From positions 1 through 13,002 of the forward strand of contig CAZGJX010000108.1 in the NCBI GenBank assembly GCA_964525635.1: a stretch of 13,002 nucleotides of DNA. Direction: 5' to 3'. A program made the position numbers and the translations under genes. Shown in pieces: positions 1 through 8,017 of the stretch; position 1 is the stretch's first letter, and each line of letters begins with the position of its first letter. The stretch comes from an uncultured archaeon. GTDB taxonomy: Archaea; Asgardarchaeota; Lokiarchaeia; Sigyniarchaeales; SOKP01. The notes under the pieces are model-generated. The model was not told where the DNA came from, made no database searches, and saw only the letters and a list, made by a program, of their open reading frames with translations.

Positions 1-462
1 TGCTTTTTTAAAGCGATATCTTGGGCGTTGGAGGGTGAATCCCAATTCATGAAGCAATCTATGGGCTTGTCGAGCCCCTAATTCCACGTCAAATTTATTA
101 TTTATGTGAAAAGCTACACTCTTCGCTTCCTAATTACTAAATTCGTAGCCTAATTCTCGTGGGTGAGTTATTATATCCTCTCTTAATATGGCTTTTTGTT
201 TATTTGTAAGACGTGAGGATCTTCCAAGAGGGAGAATTGGTGCCATCGCATCTAATCCCCCTTAATTAAAAGCATGAAGCCAATTAAGTATCGTTCTCCT
301 AGATCGTTTAATTATTTTTGCGACTTTTGTACAATTATTTCCTTCACATAGTAAATAAAGTGCTTGATAGCGTTCTTTTAACCGTGGATTTTCTTCTTTT
401 TTATAAAGGTCGATCAATCCATCATGATCGGGTGATTTCCTCGTGATTTGAAGTGATCTCAT
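1..462 (-). pseudogene. IS630-family (Tc1/mariner superfamily) transposase, N-terminal HTH region; two in-frame stops, runs off the window edge
   Basis: ORF 262-462 has the typical N-terminus (RYQALYLLCEG..CTKVAKIIKRSRRTILNWLHAFN). Reading through TAA 262-264 in the same frame gives GGLDAMAPILPLGRSSRLTNKQKAILREDIITHPRELGYEFSN*EAKSVAFHINNKFDVELGARQAHRLLHELGFTLQRPRYRFKKA. The second stop is TAG 130-132, where this family usually has W. The LLHELGFTLQRPR motif is characteristic of IS630. GC is visibly higher than in the flank. Confidence 0.88.
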
Positions 463-520
463 ATTGTTAAATGATTCATCAAACCTTATTTAAGAGCATG
501 ATATCCATGTGATATGATTT
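1..520 (-). mobile_element. Transposase-proximal end of a degenerate IS630-like insertion sequence (outer boundary approximate)
   Basis: Transposase remnant plus a composition shift to extreme AT at about 520-540. The terminal inverted repeat cannot be confirmed because the other end lies outside the window. Confidence 0.55.
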
Positions 521-886
521 AATACTTGAGAAAAAGTCTATGTTATTATAAATATTATAATTGAATAAAACCTTCAATATTAAAATTATAACTAATTGCA
601 GAAACTTAACTATTTCTACAATATATTAATAATTTTATAAATAAAATTATGTAGAATTGTTTAGATTATAACAAATAAAACACGTTTTTATTGTTTATCC
701 ATTAATTTATCCATAATTTTAACAATAATACTAATTAAATAGATGAAAATTACAATAGTTATGCATTTATATTTATTGAATTCATATATCTGACTATCAT
801 TTCTCGTAAATTTTAAATAATATAGTATTTTATCAACGTTATTCATTAAATTCAATGTTTGAATAAAATATAAGGTTAAAATTAAA

Positions 887-1345
887 ATGGAAATGAGAAA
901 ATTAGGATTTTTAGCAGGAATTATCGGAATTTTAGCTTTTTTCACTCCAGTATTTTTTATGAGAACTACAGCAGGCGGATGGCTTGATCATAGCCTTTTA
1001 GCTTGGTATTTCTTTGTTGCTTTAGAAATGACTCCCCCCTGGGGAAACTCTGCGGTATTTCATACGGGTTATATTACAATTGTCGTTGGAGTCGTGAGCT
1101 TTATATTCTCAATATATATATTATTTTTAGCTAAAAAATATGAATTGGATAATGGAAAGAAAATCAAAATTATAGGATTAGTACTAATTCTTATCCAAAT
1201 AGCGGATATATTTTTAGAAATGATTGTTGGAATTTATACAAAGGAGAGCGAAATTGGCTTAGGGGTTGTCTTTTTTATACCAATAGCACCAATATTATAT
1301 ATAATTGTTGGAATACTTCATATTTATATTGGATCTAAATTATGA
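887..1345 (+). CDS. Uncharacterised membrane protein, about 4 TM helices; paralog of 1642-2088
   Basis: 152 aa with four hydrophobic stretches. Shares TM1-Pro, a WYF loop motif and a C-terminal IPI..I...G.I helix with the 1642-2088 protein. Confidence 0.8.
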   Translation: MEMRKLGFLAGIIGILAFFTPVFFMRTTAGGWLDHSLLAWYFFVALEMTPPWGNSAVFHTGYITIVVGVVSFIFSIYILFLAKKYELDNGKKIKIIGLVLILIQIADIFLEMIVGIYTKESEIGLGVVFFIPIAPILYIIVGILHIYIGSKL

Positions 1346-1394
1346 TATAATCAAAAAAACTAATTATCCAACAGAAAGATTAAAATATTTTTTT

Positions 1395-1553
1395 TCCCTT
1401 TATTTTATTTTCAGCTCTTCAACCATATTAACTGGAGTAATAAGTTAAGATAAAATAGAAACAAAATCTTTAGCTACATTATGGATTATTATTGGTATTA
1501 TAGACATCGGTATAGCATAAATCAATTCTTTATATTGGATGATAAGAATTTAA
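1395..1553 (+). pseudogene. Decayed partial duplicate of the 1642-2088 membrane-protein gene
   Basis: From 1425 it translates ILTGVIS*DKIETKSLATLWIIIGIIDIGIA*INSLYWMIRI*, aligning without gaps to IITGVISKTKADTQSLGTLWIIIGIIAIGAVAINFIYWWRRVS. An exact 23-nt match, ACATTATGGATTATTATTGGTAT, occurs at 1476-1498 and 1921-1943. Stops at 1446-1448, 1518-1520 and 1551-1553. Confidence 0.85.
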
Positions 1554-1641
1554 TAAATGAAAATTAAAAAAATTTTTATTTTATGTTTATGAAATGCACA
1601 TATATACCAATTCAATCACTATAAAAATAAATAATTTATCA

Positions 1642-2088
1642 ATGAGTTTAAAAGAACATCTTTCCATTACTGGTGGTATTATACTCCTCCTTGCTTGCGC
1701 ACTTCCGGGATATTTTGAGATTTATAGAAGTTATGTTAATTTTAATTCATTTATTTGGTATTTTGGTTTTGAAACTGTATTTTATGCTAGTAAAGTTGAA
1801 ACTGGTTTTTATTTTCAGATACCAAATTATTTTGCATTAGTTCCTATTTTGTTTATTGCATCTCTAGCTATAATAACTGGTGTAATAAGTAAAACCAAAG
1901 CAGATACACAATCATTAGGAACATTATGGATTATTATTGGTATCATAGCTATTGGAGCAGTAGCAATCAATTTTATATATTGGTGGAGGAGAGTTTCTTC
2001 CACATTGATACCTATTGGATTAATCATCACAACCATAGGGGCTATTATTTTAATTAAAGGTGGAACTAAAGAAAGATATTATAATTAA
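1642..2088 (+). CDS. Uncharacterised membrane protein, about 4 TM helices; probable start ATG 1642 (MSLKEHL) rather than 1594
   Basis: Four hydrophobic segments. The 1642 start gives an N-terminus co-linear with the 887-1345 paralog. Followed by a long T tract. Confidence 0.8.
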   Translation: MSLKEHLSITGGIILLLACALPGYFEIYRSYVNFNSFIWYFGFETVFYASKVETGFYFQIPNYFALVPILFIASLAIITGVISKTKADTQSLGTLWIIIGIIAIGAVAINFIYWWRRVSSTLIPIGLIITTIGAIILIKGGTKERYYN

Positions 2089-2561
2089 ACATAATAATAA
2101 TCTTTTTTTTTTTTTTGGATAATGAAAAAACAGAAAAACTTGAAATTTGGTTTTTTTTTGATTGATATAACTCGAAATCCTGGAGATTTTGGTTTAAGTT
2201 TTAAAGATAATGGTCCTATTCCTTGGGTTTGTAAAATCAATGGTTTATTTAAATTAATATAATTCAATTTTAAGATATTTATTATCTCTAAATTATAAAG
2301 CTCACCTCGCCGTTTATCATAAGATCCCCTGTCTTTAAGAATTAGTTGTAAATATAAATTATATTCTAAAATTCCTTTTATTTTTTCTATTGAAACATCT
2401 GATTTACACAGAAAGATTGTATCAAAAGAAATATTTCTAATGAACTCACTATCTTTCCTAACATATTTTCTAATATCTATAAGTATTGGTTGTCCTAGAT
2501 TTGGTTTTATTATGATTGGACAATTTTAATTGATTTCATTTAGAATATTGAAGTTAATCAT
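2085..2561 (-). pseudogene. Probable pseudogene or gene fragment, unknown function; one in-frame TAA at codon 12
   Basis: ATG 2561: MINFNILNEIN*NCPIIIKPNLGQPILIDIRKYVRKDSEFIRNISFDTIFLCKSDVSIEKIKGILEYNLYLQLILKDRGSYDKRRGELYNLEIINILK, continuing in frame into the listed 2085-2267 ORF. About 146 stop-free codons after TAA 2526-2528 is unlikely by chance at this AT content. The 3' end decays into low-complexity sequence. Confidence 0.6.
2101..2116 (+). terminator. Oligo-T tract, candidate archaeal terminator
   Basis: TC followed by about 14 T, starting 13 nt after the stop at 2088. Confidence 0.45.
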
Positions 2562-2752
2562 TGTATGATTTCTTTATCTTGGAAAAAAATAAAAATTTGA
2601 ATATCATATTTTTATTCAAAATAATAATCCATAACTTTTTTTAATTTCTATATATTCACCTATAGCTATGACAGTCTATTATCAAAAATCTAAAACATAA
2701 TTTAAATATTTATTGATAAAAATTCTGGTTTTTTATAAGAATTAGTTGAAAA

Positions 2753-2770
2753 AATAAAAGGTTTAAATAA
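2753..2770 (+). promoter_or_regulatory. Candidate archaeal BRE-TATA promoter (AAAAGG-TTTAAATA)
   Basis: Purine-rich BRE-like run directly followed by TTTAAATA. A GG at about 2792 is at the expected start-site spacing. The AT-rich background lowers confidence. Confidence 0.4.
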
Positions 2771-2941
2771 GAGAAATTGGTATAATTCTTAGGTGTCTTG
2801 TAAATTAGATGATTATTATGAATCGATTTTTTATTTATAACAGAAATAATTTGTATAAACAATCATCTAGAGAAAAGATAATCTTTTTTCTATATATAAA
2901 TAAAAATTAATTATTAAAAACTTAAACCCTATTTATTTATA

Positions 2942-2958
2942 GGGATAAATTATATAAA
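2942..2958 (+). promoter_or_regulatory. Candidate BRE-TATA promoter for the 2985 gene (near-leaderless transcript)
   Basis: GGGATAAA-TTATATAA, with the TATA box about 28-35 nt upstream of ATG 2985. Confidence 0.3.
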
Positions 2959-2984
2959 ATTTAAAATCCGCAAGCAAAAATAAA

Positions 2985-4421
2985 ATGACTGACGAATTTA
3001 ACGAAGAAGAAAAGAATGATAAGATAGAGAAGGAAGTTGAAAAAATCGATAAGGATTTTTTGACTAAAGCAAAAGATTCAAGAGATATTATTGATAAAAA
3101 TTTGAGGACATTCGAAGATAGCATAGATGAAATTGAAAAAAAGATAGAAAAGAAAGATATTGGTAAAAAAGCTATTGAAGAGATTAGTGAAGAAATAAAA
3201 GAAGCGCAAGAACAACTTCAAACAATTGAAAAAAAAATTCAAAATAGAGATCAATATCGAGAAGCACTCCAAGAAACTATAAGTGCTTTAGAAGAAAGAT
3301 ATAGCTATAAAAACGAAGAATTGGAGAGCTTAGAAGAGAGACTTGAGATTATAAAAGAAAGTAGAGAAAATCTAGAAGAACAGTATCAAGAACTCTTAAG
3401 GAATAATGAACAACTTGTTAAAAATTATGAACAAAGACAAGTAGATTTAATTGTTCTTTCTGATAATGTTAAAGAAAAAGTAGCAAATAAAGATGAACTT
3501 CGAAATCAAGCCGCTAAATTAAGGGATGAAATTAATGAAAATGAAAAAGAAATAGAAAAACAGCGAGAAGAAGCAGATGCTTTGGAAAAGAAAATAAAAA
3601 GTTTAAAAGCCGAAAGTGAAGCAATAAAAGTATCTATTGATAAGAATAAAATTGAATTAGACCACTCAAATAATTTAATTAATGCAAAAGAAGATGAATT
3701 AAAACTTTTAAGTGAACAATTAGAGAAAAAAGAAATAAAATTAGAAGATCTGGAGGAACAGCTTAAACAATATAATCAAGGATTTCCTGAAATGAAAGAA
3801 CAAAGAAAAACCTATGAAGAGCTTTTAGAAAAATATAAATATCAAATGACTGAAAAACAACAACACGTTGTAAATCTCGAATCTCGTATACAAGAAGCTA
3901 AAGTAAAATTGACAAATATTACAGAAGAAATTTCAAATAAAGAAGAATTTATCGAATCAAATGAAAAAAGATTAAATGAATTAAAAGAATCTATAGAAAG
4001 ATCTACAGTAGAGCATGAACAAAGAGAAGAAAGATTAGAAGCTATTAATGAAAAACTAAAAAGCGTCGAAGAAGAACATAATAGATTAATTACAGCTAAT
4101 GAAAGAATAGAAGGTAGCATGAGCGATTCTCGTAAAATATTTTTAAAATTAAAAGAAGATTTAGAGAACCAAGAAAAAGAGATAAGAGATAAAGAAAGTC
4201 GAATTCATAGATTGGAAGTCTTATCTTTGATTTATAGACTATCTAAATTTTTTGGGGGAATTTTAATATGTTTTGGTATTTTTTTCCTAGTATGGACAAT
4301 AGGTACAATTTTTAATTTTATTTCCCTTGATGATATTAGTCCAGATGTAATTCTTGGAGTTTTATTATTAGGTGCAATATTAACCATTGTTTCTGGTGTT
4401 TTTCATTTAGAGAAGTCATAA
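2985..4421 (+). CDS. Long coiled-coil protein with a C-terminal two-helix membrane anchor (not a true SMC)
   Basis: About 410 residues of E/K/L/I-rich heptad-like sequence with a single proline (GFPEM) and no Walker A/B or hinge motif. Two hydrophobic helices at the end: FFGGILICFGIFFLVWTIGTIF and VILGVLLLGAILTIVSGVF. Confidence 0.9.
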   Translation: MTDEFNEEEKNDKIEKEVEKIDKDFLTKAKDSRDIIDKNLRTFEDSIDEIEKKIEKKDIGKKAIEEISEEIKEAQEQLQTIEKKIQNRDQYREALQETISALEERYSYKNEELESLEERLEIIKESRENLEEQYQELLRNNEQLVKNYEQRQVDLIVLSDNVKEKVANKDELRNQAAKLRDEINENEKEIEKQREEADALEKKIKSLKAESEAIKVSIDKNKIELDHSNNLINAKEDELKLLSEQLEKKEIKLEDLEEQLKQYNQGFPEMKEQRKTYEELLEKYKYQMTEKQQHVVNLESRIQEAKVKLTNITEEISNKEEFIESNEKRLNELKESIERSTVEHEQREERLEAINEKLKSVEEEHNRLITANERIEGSMSDSRKIFLKLKEDLENQEKEIRDKESRIHRLEVLSLIYRLSKFFGGILICFGIFFLVWTIGTIFNFISLDDISPDVILGVLLLGAILTIVSGVFHLEKS

Positions 4422-4585
4422 TCAATTTATATTGTATGTGATTATGAAATAATATAAATATTGGAATAGAATAATTAGAATTTTAACTATTATTTTTTAA
4501 TAAGTATTAATAATATTGATATTTTTTATCATTGTATATCAAAAGAATTAATCAAATATTTAAAAATAAAATTTGATAAAGAAAT

Positions 4586-6484
4586 TTGAATAAACAACAA
4601 GATAAAGAAATTTCTAAAGAAGGAAAGAAAAGAATATCAGAAAAACCCTTAGGATTATGGAGTAGTGTACTTTATGGTATAGGGTGTGGGATTGGTGGAT
4701 CTATTTTTATTCTTTTAGGTGATGCAATTGGATTAGCTGGTCCTGGAGTGCTAATAAGCCTTCTATTGGGGGGGATCTTAATTTTTATAACAGCTTTAAA
4801 TTATTCTGAGCTCTCCACTAGTTTACCATTGTCAGGAGGGGCTTATAACTTTAGTAAAGAAGGATTAGGAGGCTTTTTAGCTTTTATTATTGGCTTTTTT
4901 TTATGGATTGCAAATATCGGAACAGTTGTATTTTCATCATTAGCTTTTTCACAGGTAATATACCAAATCTTTCCTATTTTGAAAACTTTAGTACCAATCT
5001 TAGGAAGTTTAATAGCTTTAGTGTCAATCTTATTTATTAGTTTAGTTGTTTTTAGATCACAGAAAATTGCTATAAAAAGTCTAATTTTTCTTACAGTAGT
5101 TTTAATTGCGATCTTTATCGTCTTTTCAATTTCTGGTTATTTCATCGCGCCAACTACTAATAGTCCCAATTTCAACCCTAGTTATCTTTATACAGAGTTT
5201 AAATTTCTTAGCATATTTCAAGTATTCTCTTTATTATTCATTTGTTTTACTTCAATTACTTCTAATTTAGCATATTTAAATCCAATAATAAGAAATCGGT
5301 TGAAAAAAATACCTCGAGTTAATATGTTAGCTATTATTATCACCTCAATAATTTATATATCTATAACAACAATCGTTTTAATTAATATTGGAGGTCAAAT
5401 AGAAAAATATAGTGGAGAGGATATTCTTTTAGCAGAAGTATTAAAAGATGTTCTTGGGGATTTTGGATTCTATATAATGGGAATTGCAGCAATTATATCG
5501 ACTCTTATCGCAATGAATGCCGCTCTTGGTTCTGCGACGAGTGTACTTAATGCTTTAGCTAGAGACAATTATATGACCGCGAAATTAAAGAAAGTTAACG
5601 AAAAAAGGAATATTCCAATATATTCATTGATGGTTACAACTATAATCGCTATATTCCTCGTTTTAATAGTAGATATTAAGTATGCAGCGCAAATAACAAC
5701 TTTTATTTATTTCATTGGTCTTGCTTTTATTAATTTTGCTGCTGTAAGTTTAAGATACAAAAGAAAAGAATTAGATCGTCCATTTAAAGCACCATTTTTC
5801 CCATATCTTCCTTTAATTGTAGGTGTGAGTTTTCTAATACTATCATTTACTCTTTCATTTATACCGATACTCATAGGTATTATAATATTTCTTGTTGGTC
5901 TCTTATATTATTTATTAACAATAGCAGATCGGCCTTCGATACAACTAACTATTGCGGGATTAAAATTTTTTAGTGTTATCATAATAGGATTGTTTATTTG
6001 GATTTTAAAGAATTTAAGTATTCTGAATTCTTCTATCTCTGATGGTATTATTATTTTTGATCAATTCTTACTAAGAGTTTTGATTTTCTTAGGAATTTTT
6101 GCAATTATTACAGTTATTTTTGATGTAATACCTCTGAGAGAAATAGTCTATTCTTTTGTAAAGAGGATTGATAAAGAGAAGATTGCTATAACTATCGGTG
6201 AAGGTCGTATTATTGAACTTGAAAAGCAGCATACTAAATTGATTTATTATATCAATATGATAATGGGTATTATTTTGTTAATTGGTGCTCTATTTGTTTT
6301 TCTTCTCGCATATTTAATAAATACTGATTTAATTATTATTGAACAGATTAGTCTTGGAGGCAGTATAATAAATCAAAGTGGAAGTGAATATATTTTTATT
6401 ACGACCTTAATTGTATTTGGTATAATTTTACTTTTTAGCAGTGTGACTCAACTATATTTTAATAAAGAAATGAAATCTTTATAG
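4586..6484 (+). CDS. APC-superfamily amino acid permease with C-terminal membrane extension
   Basis: TM1 motif LGLWSSVLYGIGCGIGGSIF, AGPG, YSELSTSLPLSGGAYNF, ALARD and LDRPFKAPFFPYLP are standard APC permease motifs. About 180 extra C-terminal residues carry about 4 more hydrophobic helices. TTG start. Confidence 0.9.
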   Translation: MNKQQDKEISKEGKKRISEKPLGLWSSVLYGIGCGIGGSIFILLGDAIGLAGPGVLISLLLGGILIFITALNYSELSTSLPLSGGAYNFSKEGLGGFLAFIIGFFLWIANIGTVVFSSLAFSQVIYQIFPILKTLVPILGSLIALVSILFISLVVFRSQKIAIKSLIFLTVVLIAIFIVFSISGYFIAPTTNSPNFNPSYLYTEFKFLSIFQVFSLLFICFTSITSNLAYLNPIIRNRLKKIPRVNMLAIIITSIIYISITTIVLINIGGQIEKYSGEDILLAEVLKDVLGDFGFYIMGIAAIISTLIAMNAALGSATSVLNALARDNYMTAKLKKVNEKRNIPIYSLMVTTIIAIFLVLIVDIKYAAQITTFIYFIGLAFINFAAVSLRYKRKELDRPFKAPFFPYLPLIVGVSFLILSFTLSFIPILIGIIIFLVGLLYYLLTIADRPSIQLTIAGLKFFSVIIIGLFIWILKNLSILNSSISDGIIIFDQFLLRVLIFLGIFAIITVIFDVIPLREIVYSFVKRIDKEKIAITIGEGRIIELEKQHTKLIYYINMIMGIILLIGALFVFLLAYLINTDLIIIEQISLGGSIINQSGSEYIFITTLIVFGIILLFSSVTQLYFNKEMKSL

Positions 6485-6633
6485 ATAAAACCAAAATAAT
6501 ATTTAATTAGATATATTAATATTTTAAAAAAAAAATGCTAATTCTAATATGATACCTAAATTTTCATATATCATTAGTGTTCAGTTATCCTAAAAAAAAT
6601 AAAATTATTATTTAATATTAAATGTAATATAGA

Positions 6634-7071
6634 ATGGAATGGAAAAGAAGTCTTTATAAAAGTATTATTTATAGAATAATAACAGTAGCATTAGGAACAT
6701 TAACCACTTATATTTTAACACAAGATATTGGTAAAGCAGGAATCATAGCTGTTGCAACCGAAACAGTGCAATTTACTTATTATTTTATTTTTGAAACCTT
6801 ATGGAGTTCCCGTGAAAATAAAAGAATTAGAAGAGAAATTGAGAATGAATTAATTTATAGAGAAATCGATTTAAAAATTGATTATAACTTTATTCAAGAA
6901 CTTTCATATGAACTTTCTCAAACAAATACTTTTATTAATTCTATTTATACATCAATTATGAATTTTTATAATAAATTACTAAATAATGAACAATTAGAAA
7001 AATTACATGAAAAAATATCTAAATATAAGTCATATTTTGAACGAGTTCATTCGGGGAGAAATTTTGAATAA
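6634..7071 (+). CDS. DUF2061-like small membrane protein with soluble C-terminal extension
   Basis: KRSLYKSIIYRII...TYILT..IGKAGIIA...E....YYFIFETLW fits the DUF2061 pattern (RS..K.I.WR ... YY.HER.W). About 85 polar helical residues follow. Confidence 0.72.
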   Translation: MEWKRSLYKSIIYRIITVALGTLTTYILTQDIGKAGIIAVATETVQFTYYFIFETLWSSRENKRIRREIENELIYREIDLKIDYNFIQELSYELSQTNTFINSIYTSIMNFYNKLLNNEQLEKLHEKISKYKSYFERVHSGRNFE

Positions 7072-7135
7072 AAAGCTTTCTTATAAATAATTGATATTTT
7101 AAAATGATATAAATTGAATTTAATTTATATTTAAA

Positions 7136-7870
7136 ATGAATTATCCAAAAATTAATCTCCATATTCATAGTAATTATTCCGATGGAAAAAATACAATAGA
7201 ACAAATAGTCGATAAGGCCTTAAAGACAAAATTTAATTATATAGCTATAACAGATCATTTTACTAATTCTTGGAAATCAAAAATAATCGATACACTTGAT
7301 TCAGAAGATAAAATAAGCGATTATTTAATGGAGATCGAATTGATTAATGAATGGTTAAGAGAGAATAAGGAAAAATTAAAGGTTTTAAAAGGTGTTGAAA
7401 TTGATTTAGAAAGTTCTTTTAATTATATTAAAAGAAATATTAATCCAAAAGCATTTGATATTATTTTATTTGAACATCTAGAAACACCAGAATCAATTGG
7501 ATTTATTCAAAGACTTATTAATGAATGGAAAAACATGGATTTAATATCTCAAAAAACACCTATATTTGGATTGGCTCATTTTGATCCATCATATTTTATG
7601 CACTCTGGATTAAATATATTATTAAATTTTATTAAAAAAAACAATATTTATTTCGAGTTTAATTCAAACTATGAATATTGCTACTCAACAAAATATAAGA
7701 ATATTTTTTTTGATAGATTAAAAAGTAAGAACATATCTGTGGCGATCAGTTCTGATTCCCATAGTATAAATGAGTTAAACAATATTGAAGAACCATTATC
7801 AATGATTGATTATTATAATCTAAATCAAAATTTTCAGAAATTAATTAATTCTTTGGAAAATTTGGATTAA
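7136..7870 (+). CDS. PHP-domain metal-dependent phosphoesterase (HisK/YcdX-like)
   Basis: Metal-ligand motifs NLHIHSNYSDG, AITDH, GVE, LAH, FEFN and SSDSH. Confidence 0.9.
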   Translation: MNYPKINLHIHSNYSDGKNTIEQIVDKALKTKFNYIAITDHFTNSWKSKIIDTLDSEDKISDYLMEIELINEWLRENKEKLKVLKGVEIDLESSFNYIKRNINPKAFDIILFEHLETPESIGFIQRLINEWKNMDLISQKTPIFGLAHFDPSYFMHSGLNILLNFIKKNNIYFEFNSNYEYCYSTKYKNIFFDRLKSKNISVAISSDSHSINELNNIEEPLSMIDYYNLNQNFQKLINSLENLD

Positions 7871-8017
7871 TATGATACTTAATGAAATATAAATAATCAA
7901 ATGTTTTTGATAATAATTGGACTATAAAAATAAAAAATATGATTGATTATATCATTATTATATGAAATAAAATTTATGAAATATCCAATTTTAATTTAAG
8001 AGCTGTTTGAAAAAAAA

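Noticed and set aside
688-945. 85-aa minus-strand ORF (or a 52-aa form from ATG 846)
   Set aside because: It overlaps the start of 887-1345 antisense, has AT-driven low-complexity composition and no motif. A small protein cannot be fully excluded.
1476-1943. Diversity-generating retroelement template/variable repeat pair
   Set aside because: No reverse transcriptase in the window, the mismatches are not confined to adenines, and the copy covers TM helices rather than a C-terminal ligand-binding domain.
1827-2036. Minus-strand 69-aa ORF
   Set aside because: Antisense shadow of the membrane-protein gene.
1-2561. Stop-codon recoding or an alternative genetic code to explain the several in-frame TAA/TAG codons
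   Set aside because: The stops align to different residues (expected W, K, A), and intact genes in the window end normally at TAA, TAG and TGA. Ordinary pseudogene decay explains them.
2805-2870. SECIS element or C/D-box sRNA
   Set aside because: No selenoprotein with an in-frame TGA is nearby, and no proper C box/D box (CTGA) pair or clear GA quartet is visible.
2933-4120. Minus-strand ORFs 2933-3124, 3078-3272 and 3842-4120
   Set aside because: S/F/L-rich antisense shadows of the E/K-rich coiled-coil gene.
2985-4421. SMC/Rad50 chromosome-segregation ATPase
   Set aside because: No Walker A/B, signature, hinge or zinc-hook motif; it has TM helices instead.
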